Assembly: GCA_964016885.1 (NCBI GenBank)
Contig: OZ024764.1
Span: forward strand, 17,918,001-17,982,000
Origin: Eledone cirrhosa
Taxonomy: Eukaryota
Direction of reading: 5' to 3'
Length of the DNA stretch: 64,000 nucleotides
This document shows, piece by piece, positions 42,449 through 57,400 of the stretch. The notes below the pieces were generated by a model, which worked only from the letters and a program-made list of their open reading frames with translations, was not told where the DNA came from and did no database searches. The position numbers and the translations under genes were made by a program. Position 1 is the stretch's first letter; every line of letters begins with the position of its first letter.

Positions 42449-45400
42449 CTAAAACTCATTAATATGAGGGGTATTAATAGAGTATATGCCATATATAATA
42501 CAGAAATGGGTTCTAAAGGACTAGACCTCTTTAATTCCCATCAAATAGTGGTGTATATGCAATATTTAATATAGGAATGGCTTCTACAGGACTAAAACTC
42601 ATTAATATGAGGGTTACTAGTAGAGTATATGCCATATTTAATACAGAAATGGCTTCTAAATGCAGGGAACTCATTAATTCGATGGAAATAGTAGTGTATA
42701 TGCAATATTTAATACAGATATGGCTTCTACAGGATTAATACTCATTCATATGAGGGGTATTAGTAGAGTATATGCCATATATAATACAGAAATGGGTTCT
42801 AAAGACAAGAACTCCTTTAATTCCAATCAAATAGTAGTGTATATGCAATAATTAAGTCAGAAATGACTTCTACAAGAGTAAAACTCATTAATATGAGGGG
42901 TATTAGTAGAGTATATGCCATATATAATGCAGAAATGGCTTCTAAATGCAGGGAACTCATTAATTCGATGGAAATATTAGTGTATATGCCATATTTAATA
43001 CAGAAATGGGTTCTAAAGACAAGAACTCCTTTAATTCCAATCAAATAGTACTGTATATGCAATAATTAATGCAGAAATGGCTTCTACAAGAGTAAAACTC
43101 ATAAATATGAGGGATATTAGTAGAGTATATGCCATATTTAATATGGAAATGGCTTCTAAATGCAGGGAACTAATTAATTCGATGGAAATATTAGTGTATA
43201 TGCCATATTCAATACAGAAATGGGTTCTACAGGACTAAAACTCATTCATATGAGGGGTATTAGTAGAGTATATGCCATATATAATACAGAAATGGCTTCT
43301 AAATGCAGGGAACTCATTAATTCGATGGAAATATTAGTGTATATGCAATATTTAATACAGATATGGCTTCTACAGGACTAATACTCATTCATATGAGGGG
43401 TATTAGTAGAGTATATGTCATATATAATATAGAAATGGCTTCTAAATGCAGGGAACTCATTAATTCGATGGAAATAGTAGTGTATATGCAATATTTAATA
43501 GAGATACGGCTTCTACAGGACTAAAACTCATTAATATGATGGGTATTAGTAGAGTATATGCCATATTTAATACAGAAATGGCTTCTAAATGCATAAAACT
43601 CATTTATTCGATGGAAATAGTAGTGTATATGCAATAATTAAGGCAGAAATGACTTCTACAAGAGTAAAACTCATTAATATGAGGGGTATTAGTAGAGTAT
43701 ATGCCATATATAATGCAGAAATGGCTTCTAAATGCAGGGAACTCATTAATTCGATGGAAATATTAGTGTATATGCCATATTTAATACAGAAATGGGTTCT
43801 AAAGACAAGAACTCCTTTAATTCCAAACAAATAGTAGTGTATATGCAATAGTTAATGCAGAAATGGCTTCTACAAGAGTAAAACTCATTAATATGAGGGA
43901 TATTAGTAGAGTATATGCCATATTTAATATGGAAATGGCTTCTAAATGCAGGGAACTCATTAATTCGATGGAAATATTAGTGTATATGCAATATTTAATA
44001 CAGATATGGCTTCTACAGGACTAATACTCATTCATATGAGGGGTATTAGTAGAGTATATGCCATATATAATACAGAAATGGCTTCTAAATGCAGGGAACT
44101 CATTAATTCGATGGAAATAGTAGTGTATATGCAATATTTAATAGAGATACGGCTTCTACAGGACTAAAACTCATTAATATGATGGGTATTAGTAGAGTAT
44201 ATGCCATATTTAATACAGAAATGGCTTCTAAATGCATAACACTTATTTATTCGATGGAAATAGTAGTGTATATGCAATAATTAATGCAGAAATGGCTTCT
44301 ACAAGAGTAAAACTCATAAATATGAGGGATATTATTAGAGTATATGCCATATTTAATATGGAAATGGCTTCTAAATGCAGGGAACTCATTAATTCGATGG
44401 AATTATTAGTGTATATGCCATATTTAATACAGAAATGGGTTCTAAAGGACTAGAACTCTTTAATTCCCATCAAATAGTAGTGTATATGCAATATTTAATA
44501 CAGAAATGGCTTCTACAGGACTAAAACTCATTAATATGAGGGTTATTAGTAGAGTATATGCCATATTTAATATGGAAATGGCTTCTAAATGCAGGGAACT
44601 AATTAATTCGATGGAAATATTAGTGTATATGCCATATTTAATACAGAAATGGGTTCTACAGGATTAAACTCATTCATATGACGGGTATTAGTAGAGTATA
44701 TGCCATATATAATACAGAAATGGCTTCTAAATGCAGGGAATTCATTAATTCGATGGAAATATTAGTGTATATGCAATATTTAATACAGATATGGCTTCTG
44801 CAGGACTAATACTCATTCATATGAGGGGTATTAGTAGAGTATATGCCATATATAATATAGAAATGGCTTCTAAATGCAGGGAACTCATTAATTCGATGGA
44901 AATATTAGTGTATATGCAATATTTAATACAGATACGGCTTCTACAGGACTGAAACTCATTAATATGATGGGTATTAGTAGAGTATATGCCATATTTAATA
45001 CAGAAATGGCTTCTAAATGCATAAAACTCATTTATTCGATGGAAATAGTAGTGTATATGCAATAATTAAGGCAGAAATGACTTCTACAAGAGTAAAACTC
45101 ATTAATATGAGGGGTATTAGTAGAGTATATGCCATATATAATGCAGAAATGGCTTCTAAATGCAGGGAACTCATTAATTCGATGGAAATATTAGTGTATA
45201 TGCCATATTTAATACAGAAATGGGTTCTAAAGACAAGAACTCCTTTAATTCCAAACAAATAGTAGTGTATATGCAATAATTAATGCAGAAATGGCTTCTA
45301 CAAGAGTAAAACTCATAAATATGAGGGATATTATTAGAGTATATGCCATATTTAATATGGAAATGGCTTCTAAATGCAGGGAACTCATTAATTCGATGGA

Positions 45401-48400
45401 AATAGTAGTGTATATGCAATATTTAATACAGATATGGCTTCTACAGGACTAAAACTCATTAATATGAGGGGTATTAGTAGATTATATGCCATATTTACTA
45501 TGGAAATGGCTTCTAAATGCAGGGAACTCATTAATTCGATGGAAATATTAGTGTATATGCAATAGTTAAGGCAGAAATGACTTCTACAAGAGTAAAACTC
45601 ATTATAATAGGGGTATTAGTAGAGTATATGCCATATATAATGCAGAAATGGCTTCTAAATGCAGGGAACTCATTAATTCGATGGAAATATTAGTGTATAT
45701 GCCATATTTAATACAGATATGGCTTCTACAGGACTAAAACTCATTAATATGAGGGGTATTAATAGAGTATATGCCATATATAATACAGAAATGGGTTCTA
45801 AAGGACTAGACCTCTTTAATTCCCATCAAATAGTGGTGTATATGCAATATTTAATATAGGAATGGCTTCTACAGGACTAAAACTCATTAATATGAGGGTT
45901 ACTAGTAGAGTATATGCCATATTTAATACAGAAATGGCTTCTAAATGCAGGGAACTCATTAATTCGATGGAAATAGTAGTGTATATGCAATATTTAATAC
46001 AGATATGGCTTCTACAGGACTAATACTCATTCATATGAGGGGTATTAGTAGAGTATATGCCATATATAATACAGAAATGGGTTCTAAAGACAAGAACTCC
46101 TTTAATTCCAATCAAATAGTAGTGTATATGCAATAATTAAGTCAGAAATGACTTCTACAAGAGTAAAACTCATTAATATGAGGGGTATTAGTAGAGTATA
46201 TGCCATATATAATGCAGAAATGGCTTCTAAATGCAGGGAACTCATTAATTCGATGGAAATATTAGTGTATATGCCATATTTAATACAGAAATGGGTTCTA
46301 AAGACAAGAACTCCTTTAATTCCAATCAAATAGTACTGTATATGCAATAATTAATGCAGAAATGGCTTCTACAAGAGTAAAACTCATAAATATGAGGGAT
46401 ATTAGTAGAGTATATGCCATATTTAATATGGAAATGGCTTCTAAATGCAGGGAACTCATTAATTCGATGGAAATAGTAGTGTATATGCAATATTTAATAC
46501 AGATATGGCTTCTACAGGACTAAAACTCATTAATATGAGGGGTATTAGTAGATTATATGCCATATTTACTATGGAAATGGCTTCTAAATGCAGGGAACTC
46601 ATTAATTCGATGGAAATATTAGTGTATATGCAATAGTTAAGGCAGAAATGACTTCTACAAGAGTAAAACTCATTATAATAGGGGTATTAGTAGAGTATAT
46701 GCCATATATAATGCAGAAATGGCTTCTAAATGCAGGGAACTCATTAATTCGATGGAAATATTAGTGTATATGCCATATTTAATACAGATATGGCTTCTAC
46801 AGGACTAAAACTCATTAATATGAGGGGTATTAATAGAGTATATGCCATATATAATACAGAAATGGGTTCTAAAGGACTAGACCTCTTTAATTCCCATCAA
46901 ATAGTGGTGTATATGCAATATTTAATATAGGAATGGCTTCTACAGGACTAAAACTCATTAATATGAGGGTTACTAGTAGAGTATATGCCATATTTAATAC
47001 AGAAATGGCTTCTAAATGCAGGGAACTCATTAATTCGATGGAAATAGTAGTGTATATGCAATATTTAATACAGATATGGCTTCTACAGGACTAATACTCA
47101 TTCATATGAGGGGTATTAGTAGAGTATATGCCATATATAATACAGAAATGGGTTCTAAAGACAAGAACTCCTTTAATTCCAATCAAATAGTAGTGTATAT
47201 GCAATAATTAAGTCAGAAATGACTTCTACAAGAGTAAAACTCATTAATATGAGGGGTATTAGTAGAGTATATGCCATATATAATGCAGAAATGGCTTCTA
47301 AATGCAGGGAACTCATTAATTCTATGGAAATATTAGTGTATATGCCATATTTAATACAGAAATGGGTTCTAAAGACAAGAACTCCTTTAATTCCAATCAA
47401 ATAGTACTGTATATGCAATAATTAATGCAGAAATGGCTTCTACAAGAGTAAAACTCATAAATATGAGGGATATTAGTAGAGTATATGCCATATTTAATAT
47501 GGAAATGGCTTCTAAATGCAGGGAACTCATTAATTCGATGGAAATAGTAGTGTATATGCAATATTTAATACAGATATGGCTTCTACAGGACTAAAACTCA
47601 TTAATATGAGGGGTATTAGTAGATTATATGCCATATTTACTATGGAAATGGCTTCTAAATGCAGGGAACTCATTAATTCGATGGAAATATTAGTGTATAT
47701 GCAATAGTTAAGGCAGAAATGACTTCTACAAGAGTAAAACTCATTATAATAGGGGTATTAGTAGAGTATATGCCATATATAATGCAGAAATGGCTTCTAA
47801 ATGCAGGGAACTCATTAATTCGATGGAAATATTAGTGTATATGCCATATTTAATACAGATATGGCTTCTACAGGACTAAAACTCATTAATATGAGGGGTA
47901 TTAATAGAGTATATGCCATATATAATACAGAAATGGGTTCTAAAGGACTAGACCTCTTTAATTCCCATCAAATAGTGGTGTATATGCAATATTTAATATA
48001 GGAATGGCTTCTACAGGACTAAAACTCATTAATATGAGGGTTACTAGTAGAGTATATGCCATATTTAATACAGAAATGGCTTCTAAATGCAGGGAACTCA
48101 TTAATTCGATGGAAATAGTAGTGTATATGCAATATTTAATACAGATATGGCTTCTACAGGACTAATACTCATTCATATGAGGGGTATTAGTAGAGTATAT
48201 GCCATATATAATACAGAAATGGGTTCTAAAGACAAGAACTCCTTTAATTCCAATCAAATAGTAGTGTATATGCAATAATTAAGTCAGAAATGACTTCTAC
48301 AAAAGTAAAACTCATTAATATGAGGGGTATTAGTAGAGTATATGCCATATATAATGCAGAAATGGCTTCTAAATGCAGGGAACTCATTAATTCGATGGAA

Positions 48401-51400
48401 ATATTAGTGTATATGCCATATTTAATAGAGAAATGGGTTCTACAGGACTAAAACTCATTCATATGAGGGGTATTAGTAGAGTATATGCCATATATAATAC
48501 AGAAATGGCTTCTAAATGCAGGGAACTCATTAATTCGATGGAAATATTAGTGTATATGCAATATTTAATACAGATATGGCTTCTACAGGACTAATACTCA
48601 TTCATATGAGGGGTATTAGTAGTATATATGCCATATATAATATAGAAATGGCTTCTAAATGCAGGGAACTCATTAATTCGATGGAAATAGTAGTGTATAT
48701 GCAATATTTAATAGAGATACGGCTTCTACAGGACTAAAACTCATTAATATGATGGGTATTAGTAGAGTATATGCCATATTTAATACAGAAATGGCTTCTA
48801 AATGCATAAAACTCATTTATTCGATGGAAATAGTAGTGTATATGCAATAATTAAGGCAGAAATGACTTCTACAAGAGTAAAACCCATTAATATGAGGGGT
48901 ATTAGTAGAGTATATGCCATATATAATGCAGAAATGGCTTCTAAATGCAGGGAACTCATTAATTCGATGGAAATATTAGTGTATATGCCATATTTAATAC
49001 AGAAATGGGTTCTAAAGACAAGAACTCCTGTAATTCCAAACAAATAGTAGTGTATATGCAATAGTTAATGCAGAAATGGCTTCTACAAGAGTAAAACTCA
49101 TTAATATGAGGGATATTAGTAGAGTATATGCCATATTTAATATGGAAATGGCTTCTAAATGCAGGGAACTCATTAATTCGATGGAAATATTAGTGTATAT
49201 GCAATATTTAATACAGATATGTCTTCTACAGGACTAATACTCATTCATATGAGGGGTATTAGTAGAGTATATGCCATATATAATACAGAAATGGCTTCTA
49301 AATGCAGGGAACTCATTAATTCGATGGAAATAGTAGTGTATATGCAATATTTAATAGAGATACGGCTTCTACAGGACTAAAACTCATTAATATGATGGGT
49401 ATTAGTAGAGTATATGCCATATTTAATACAGAAATGGCTTCTAAATGCATAACACTTATTTATTCGATGGAAATAGTAGTGTATATGCAATAATTAATGC
49501 AGAAATGGCTTCTACAAGAGTAAAACTCATAAATATGAGGGATATTATTAGAGTATATGCCATATTTAATATGGAAATGGCTTCTAAATGCAGGGAACTC
49601 ATTAATTCGATGGAATTATTAGTGTATATGCCATATTTAATACAGAAATGGGTTCTAAAGGACTAGAACTCTTTAATTCCCATCAAATAGTAGTGTATAT
49701 GCAATATTTAATACAGAAATGGCTTCTACAGGACTAAAACTCATTAATATGAGGGTTATTAGTAGAGTATATGCCATATTTAATATGGAAATGGCTTCTA
49801 AATGCAGGGAACTAATTAATTCGATGGAAATATTAGTGTATATGCCATATTTAATACAGAAATGGGTTCTACAGAATTAAACTCATTCATATGACGGGTA
49901 TTAGTAGAGTATATGCCATATATAATACAGAAATGGCTTCTAAATGCAGGGAATTCATTAATTCGATGGAAATATTAGTGTATATGCAATATTTAATACA
50001 GATATGGCTTCTACAGGACTAATACTCATTCATATGAGGGGTATTAGTAGAGTATATGCCATATATAATATAGAAATGGCTTCTAAATGCAGGGAACTCA
50101 TTAATTCGATGGAAATATTAGTGTATATGCAATATTTAATACAGATACGGCTTCTACAGGACTGAAACTCATTAATATGATGGGTATTAGTAGAGTATAT
50201 GCCATATTTAATACAGAAATGGCTTCTAAATGCATAAAACTCATTTATTCGATGGAAATAGTAGTGTATATGCAATAATTAAGGCAGAAATGACTTCTAC
50301 AAGAGTAAAACTCATTAATATGAGGGGTATTAGTAGAGTATATGCCATATATAATGCAGAAATGGCTTCTAAATGCAGGGAACTCATTAATTCGATGGAA
50401 ATATTAGTGTATATGCCATATTTAATACAGAAATGGGTTCTAAAGACAAGAACTCCTTTAATTCCAAACAAATAGTAGTGTATATGCAATAATTAATGCA
50501 GAAATGGCTTCTACAAGAGTAAAACTCATAAATATGAGGGATATTATTAGAGTATATGCCATATTTAATATGGAAATGGCTTCTAAATGCAGGGAACTCA
50601 TTAATTCAATGGAAATATTAGTGTATATGCAATATTTAATACAGATACGGCTTCTACAGGACTAAAACTAATTAATATGATGGGTATTAGTAGAGTATAT
50701 GCCATATTTAATACAGAAATGGCTTCTAAATGCATAAAACTCATTTATTCGATGGAAATAGTAGTGTATATGCAATAATTAAGGCAGAAATGACTTCTAC
50801 AAGAGTAAAACTCATTAATATGAGGGGTATTAGTAGAGTATATGCCATATATAATGCAGAAATGGCTTCTAAATGCAGGGAACTCATTAATTCGATGGAA
50901 ATATTAGTGTATATGCCATATTTAATACAGAAATGGGTTCTAAAGACAAGAACTCCTTTAATTCCAAACAAAAAGTAGTGTATATGCAATAATTAATGCA
51001 GAAATGGCTTCTACAAGAGTAAAACTCATTAATATGAGGGATATTAGTAGAGTATATGCCATATTTAATATGGAAATGGCTTCTAAATGCAGGGAACTCA
51101 TTAATTCGATGGAAATATTAGTGTATATGCAATATTTAATACAGATATGGCTTTTACAGGACTAATACTCATTCATATGAGGGGTATTAGTAGAGTATAT
51201 GCCATATATAATACAGAAATGGCTTCTAAATGCAGGGAACTCATTAATTCGATGGAAATAGTAGTGTATATGCAATATTTAATAGAGATACGGCTTCTAC
51301 AGGACTAAAACTCATTAATATGATGGGTATTAGTAGAGTATATGCCATATTTAATACAGAAATGGCTTCTAAATGCATAAAACTTATTTATTCGATGGAA

Positions 51401-54400
51401 ATAGTAGTGTATATGCAATAATTAATGCAGAAATGGCTTCTACAAGAGTAAAACTCATAAATATGAAGGATATTAGTAGAGTATATGCCATATTTAATAT
51501 GGAAATGGCTTCTAAATGCAGGGAACTCATTAATCCGATGGAAATAGTAGTGTATATGCAATATTTAATACAGATATGGCTTCTACAGGACTAAAACTCA
51601 TTAATATGAGGGGTATCAGTAGATTATATGCCATATTTACTATGGAAATGGCTTCTAAATGCAGGGAACTCATTAATTCGATGGAAATATTAGTGTATAT
51701 GCAATAGTTAAGGCAGAAATGACTTCTACAAGAGTAAAACTCATTATAATAGGGGTATTAGTAGAGTATATGCCATATATAATGCAGAAATGGCTTCTAA
51801 ATGCAGGGAACTCATTAATTCGATGGAAATAGTAGTGTATATCCAATATTTAATAGAGATACGGCTTCTACAGGACTAAAACTCATTAATATGATGGGTA
51901 TTAGTAGAGTATATGCCATATTTAATACTGAAATGGCTTCTAAATGCATAAAACTCATTAATTCGATGGAAATATTAGTGTATATGCAATATTTAAGGCA
52001 GAAATGACTTCTACAAGAGTAAAACTCATTAATATGAGGGGTATTAGTAGAGTATATGCCATATATAATGCAGAAATGGCTTCTAAATACAGGGAACTCA
52101 TTAATTCGATGGAATTATTAGTGTATATGCCATATTTAATACAGAAATGGGTTCTAAAGGACTAGAACTCTTTAATTCCCATCAAATAGTAGTGTATATG
52201 CAATATTTAATACAGAAATGGCTTCTACAGGACTAAAACTCATTAATATGAGGGTTATTAGTAGAGTATATGCCATATTTAATATGGAAATGGCTTCTAA
52301 ATGCAGGGAACTCATTAATTCGATGGAAATAGTAGTGTATATGCAATATTTAATACAGATATGGCTTCTACAGGACTAAAACTCATTAATATGAGGGGTA
52401 TTAGTAGATTATATGCCATATTTACTATGGAAATGGCTTCTGAATGCATAAAACTCATTTATTCGATGGAAATAGTAGTGTATATGCAATAATTAAGGCA
52501 GAAATGACTTCTACAAGAGAAAAACTCATTAATATGAGGGGTATTAGTAGAGTATATGCCATATATAATGCAGAAATGGCTTCTAAATGCAGGGAACTCA
52601 TTAATTCGATGGAAATATTAGTGTATATGCCATATTTAATACAGAAATGGGTTCTAAAGACAAGAACTCCTTTAATTCCAATCAAATAGTACTGTATATG
52701 CAATAATTAATGCAGAAATGGCTTCTACAAGAGTAAAACACATAAATATGAGGGATATTAGTAGAGTATATGCCATATTTAATATGGAAATGGCTTCTAA
52801 ATGCAGGGAACTCATTAATGCGATGGAAATATTAGTGTATATGCCATATTTAATACAGAAATGGGTTCTAAAGACAAGAACTCCTTTAATTCCCATCAAA
52901 TAGTAGTGTATATGCAATATTTAATACAGAATTGGCTTCTACAGGACTAAAAGTCATTAATATGAGGGTTATTAGTAGAGTATATGCCATATTTAATACA
53001 GAAATGGCTTCTAAATGCATAAAACTCATTTATTCGATGGAAATATTAGTGTATATGCAATAATTAAGGCAGAAATGACTTCTACAAGAGTAAAACTCAT
53101 TAATATGAGGGGTATTAGTAGAGTATATGCCATATATAATGCAGAAATGGCTTCTAGATGCAGGGAACTCATTAATTCGAAGGAAATATTAGTGTATATG
53201 CCATACTTAATACAAAAATGGGTTCTAAAGACAAGAACTCCTTTAATTCCAATCAAATAGTAGTGTATTTGCAATATTTAATACAGGAATGGCTTCTACA
53301 GCACTAACACTCATTAATATGAGGGTTATTAGTAGAGTATATGCCATATTTAATACAGAAATGGCTTCTAAATGCAGAAAACTCATTTATTCGATGGAGA
53401 TAGTAGTCTATATGCAATAATTAAGGCAGAAATGACTTCTACAAGAGTAAAACTCATTAATATGAGGGGTATTAGTAGAGTATATGCCATATATAATGCA
53501 GAAATGGCTTCTAAATGCAGGGAACTAATTAATTCGATGGAAATATTAGTGTATATGCCATATTTAATACAGAAATGGGTTCTACAGGACTAAAACTCAT
53601 TCATATGAGGGGTATTGGTAGAGTATATGCCATATATAATACAGAAATGGCTTCTACAAGAGTAAAACTCATAAATATGAGGGATATTAGTAGAGTATAT
53701 GCCATATTTAATATGGAAATGGCTTCTAAATGCAGGGAACTCATTAATTCGATGGAAATAGTAGTGTATATGCAATATTTAATACAGATATGGCTTCTAC
53801 AGGACTAAAACTCATTAATATGAGGGGTATTAGTAGATTATATGCCATATTTACTATGGAAATGGCTTCTAAATGCAGGGAACTCATTAATTCGATGGAA
53901 ATATTAGTGTATATGCAATATTTAATACAGATATGGCTTCTACAAGACTAATACTCATTCATATGAGGGGTATTAGTAGAGTATATGCCATATATAATGC
54001 AGAAATGGCTTCTAAATGCAGGGAACTATTTAATTCGATGGAAATATTAGTGTATATGCCATATTTAATACAGAAATGGGTTCTAAAGACAAGAACTCCT
54101 TTAATTCCAATCAAATAGTAGTGTATATGCAATATTTAATACAGAAATGGCTTCTACAGGACTAATACTCATTAATATGAGGGGTATGAGTAGAATATAT
54201 GCCATATTTAATATGGAAATGGCTTCTAAATGCAGGGAACTCATTAATTCGATGGAAATAGTAGTGTATATGCAATATTTAATACAGATATGGCTTCTAC
54301 AGGACTAAAACTCATTAATATGAGGGGTATTAGTAGAGTATATGCCATATATAATGCAGAAATGGCTTCTAGATGCAGGGAACTCATTAATTCGATGGAA

Positions 54401-57400
54401 ATATTAGTGTATATGCCATATTTAATACAGAAATGGGTTCTAAAGACAAGAACTCCTTTAATTCCAATCAAATATTAGTATATATGCAATAATTAATGCC
54501 GAAATGGCTTCTAGAAGAGTAAAACTCATAAATATGAGGGATATTAGTAGAGTATATGCCATATTTAATATAGAAATGGCTTCTAAATGCAGGGAACTCA
54601 TTAATTCGATGGAAATAGTATTGTATATGCAATATTTAATACAGATATGGCTTCTACAGGACTAAAACTCATTAATATGAGGGGTATTAGTAGAGTAGAT
54701 GCCATATATAATGCAGAAATGGCTTCTAAATGCAGGGAACTCATTAATTCGATGGAAATAGTAGTGTATATGCAATATTTAATAGAGATACGGCTTCTAC
54801 AGGACTAAAACTCATTAATATGATGGGTATTAGTAGAGTATATACCATATTTAATACAGAAATGGCTTCTAAATGCATAAAACTCATTTATTCGATGGAA
54901 ATAGTAGTGTATATGCAATAATTAAGGCAGAAATGACTTCTACAAGAGTAAAACTCATTAATATGAGGGATATTAGTAGAGTATATGCCATATATAATAC
55001 AGAAATGGGTTCTAAAGGACTAGACCTCTTTAATTCCCATCAAATAGTGGTGTATATGCAATATTTAATATAGGAATGGCTTCTACAGGACTAAAACTCA
55101 TTAATATGAGGGTTACTAGTAGAGTATATGCCATATTTAATACAGAAATGGCTTCTAAATGCAGGGAACTCATTAATTCGATGGAAATAGTAGTGTATAT
55201 GCAATATTTAATACAGATATGGCTTCTACAGGACTAATACTCATTCATATGAGGGGTATTAGTAGAGTATATGCCATATATAATACAGAAATGGGTTCTA
55301 AAGACAAGAACTCCTTTAATTCCAATCAAATAGTAGTGTATATGCAATAATTAAGTCAGAAATGACTTCTACAAGAGTAAAACTCATTAATATGAGGGGT
55401 ATTAGTAGAGTATATGCCATATATAATGCAGAAATGGCTTCTAAATGCAGGGAACTCATTAATTCGATGGAAATATTAGTGTATATGCCATATTTAATAC
55501 AGAAATGGGTTCTACAGGACTAAAACTCATTCATATGAGGGGTATTAGTAGAGTATATGCCATATATAATACAGAAATGGCTTCTAAATGCAGGGAACTC
55601 ATTAATTCGATGGAAATATTAGTGTATATGCAATATTTAATACAGATATGGCTTCTACAGGACTAATACTCATTCATATGAGGGGTATTAGTAGTATATA
55701 TGCCATATATAATATAGAAATGGCTTCTAAATGCAGGGAACTCATTAATTCGATGGAAATAGTAGTGTATATGCAATATTTAATAGAGATACGGCTTCTA
55801 CAGGACTAAAACTCATTAATATGATGGGTATTAGTAGAGTATATGCCATATTTAATACAGAAATGGCTTCTAAATGCATAAAACTCATTTATTCGATGGA
55901 AATAGTAGTGTATATGCAATAATTAAGGCAGAAATGACTTCTACAAGAGTAAAACTCATTAATATGAGGGTATTAGTAGAGTATATGCCATATATAATGC
56001 AGAAATGGCTTCTAAATGCAGGGGGAACTCATTAATTCGATGGAAATATAGTGTATATGCCATATTTAATACAGAAATGGGTTCTAAAGACAAGAACTCC
56101 TTTAATTCCAAACAAATAGTAGTGTAATATGCAATAGTTAATGCAGAAATGGCTTCTACAAGAGTAAAACTCATTAATATGAGGGATATTAGTAGAGTAT
56201 ATGCCATATTTAATATGGAAATGGCTTCTAAATGCAGAGGGAACTCATTAATTCGATGGAAATATTAGTGTATATGCAATATTTAATACAGATATGTCTT
56301 CTACAGGACTAATACTCATTCATATGAGGGGTATTATTAGAGTATATGCCATATATAATACAGAAATGGCTTCTAAATGCAAGGGAACTCATTAATTCGA
56401 TGGAAATAGTAGTGTATATGCAATATTTAATAGAGATACGGCTTCTACAGGACTAAAACTCATTAATATGATGGGTATTAGTAGAGTATATGCCATATTT
56501 AATACAGAAATGGCTTCTAAATGCATAACACTTATTTATTCGATGGAAATAGTAGTGTATATGCAATAATTAATGCAGAAATGGCTTCTACAAGAGTAAA
56601 ACTCATAAATATGAGGGATATTATTAGAGTATATGCCATATTTAATATGGAAATGGCTTCTAAATGCAGGGAACTCATTAATTCGATGGAATTATTAGTG
56701 TATATGCCATATTTAATACAGAAATGGGTTCTAAAGGACTAGAACTCTTTAATTCCCATCAAATAGTAGTGTATATGCAATATTTAATACAGAAATGGCT
56801 TCTACAGGACTAAAACTCATTAATATGAGGGTTATTAGTAGAGTATATGCCATATTTAATATGGAAATGGCTTCTAAATGCAGGGAACTAATTAATTCGA
56901 TGGAAATATTAGTGTATATGCCATATTTAATACAGAAATGGGGTTCTACAGAATTAAACTCATTCATATGACGGGTATTAGTAGAGTATATGCCATATAT
57001 AATACAGAAATGGCTTCTAATGCAGGGAATTCATTAATTCGATGGAAATATTAGTGTATATGCAATATTTAATACAGATATGGCTTCTACAGGACTAATA
57101 CTCATTCATATGAGGGGTATTAGTAGAGTATATGCCATATATAATATAGAAATGGCTTCTAATGCAGGGAACTCATTAATTCGATGGAAATATTAGTGTA
57201 TATGCAATATTAATACAGATACGGCTTCTACAGGACTGAAAACTCATTAATATGATGGGTATTAGTAGAGTATATGCCATATTTAATACAGAAATGGCTT
57301 CTAAATGCATAAAACTCATTTATTCGATAGAAATAGTAGTGTATATGCAATAATTAAGGCAGAAATGACTTCTACAAGAGTAAAACTCATTAATATGAGG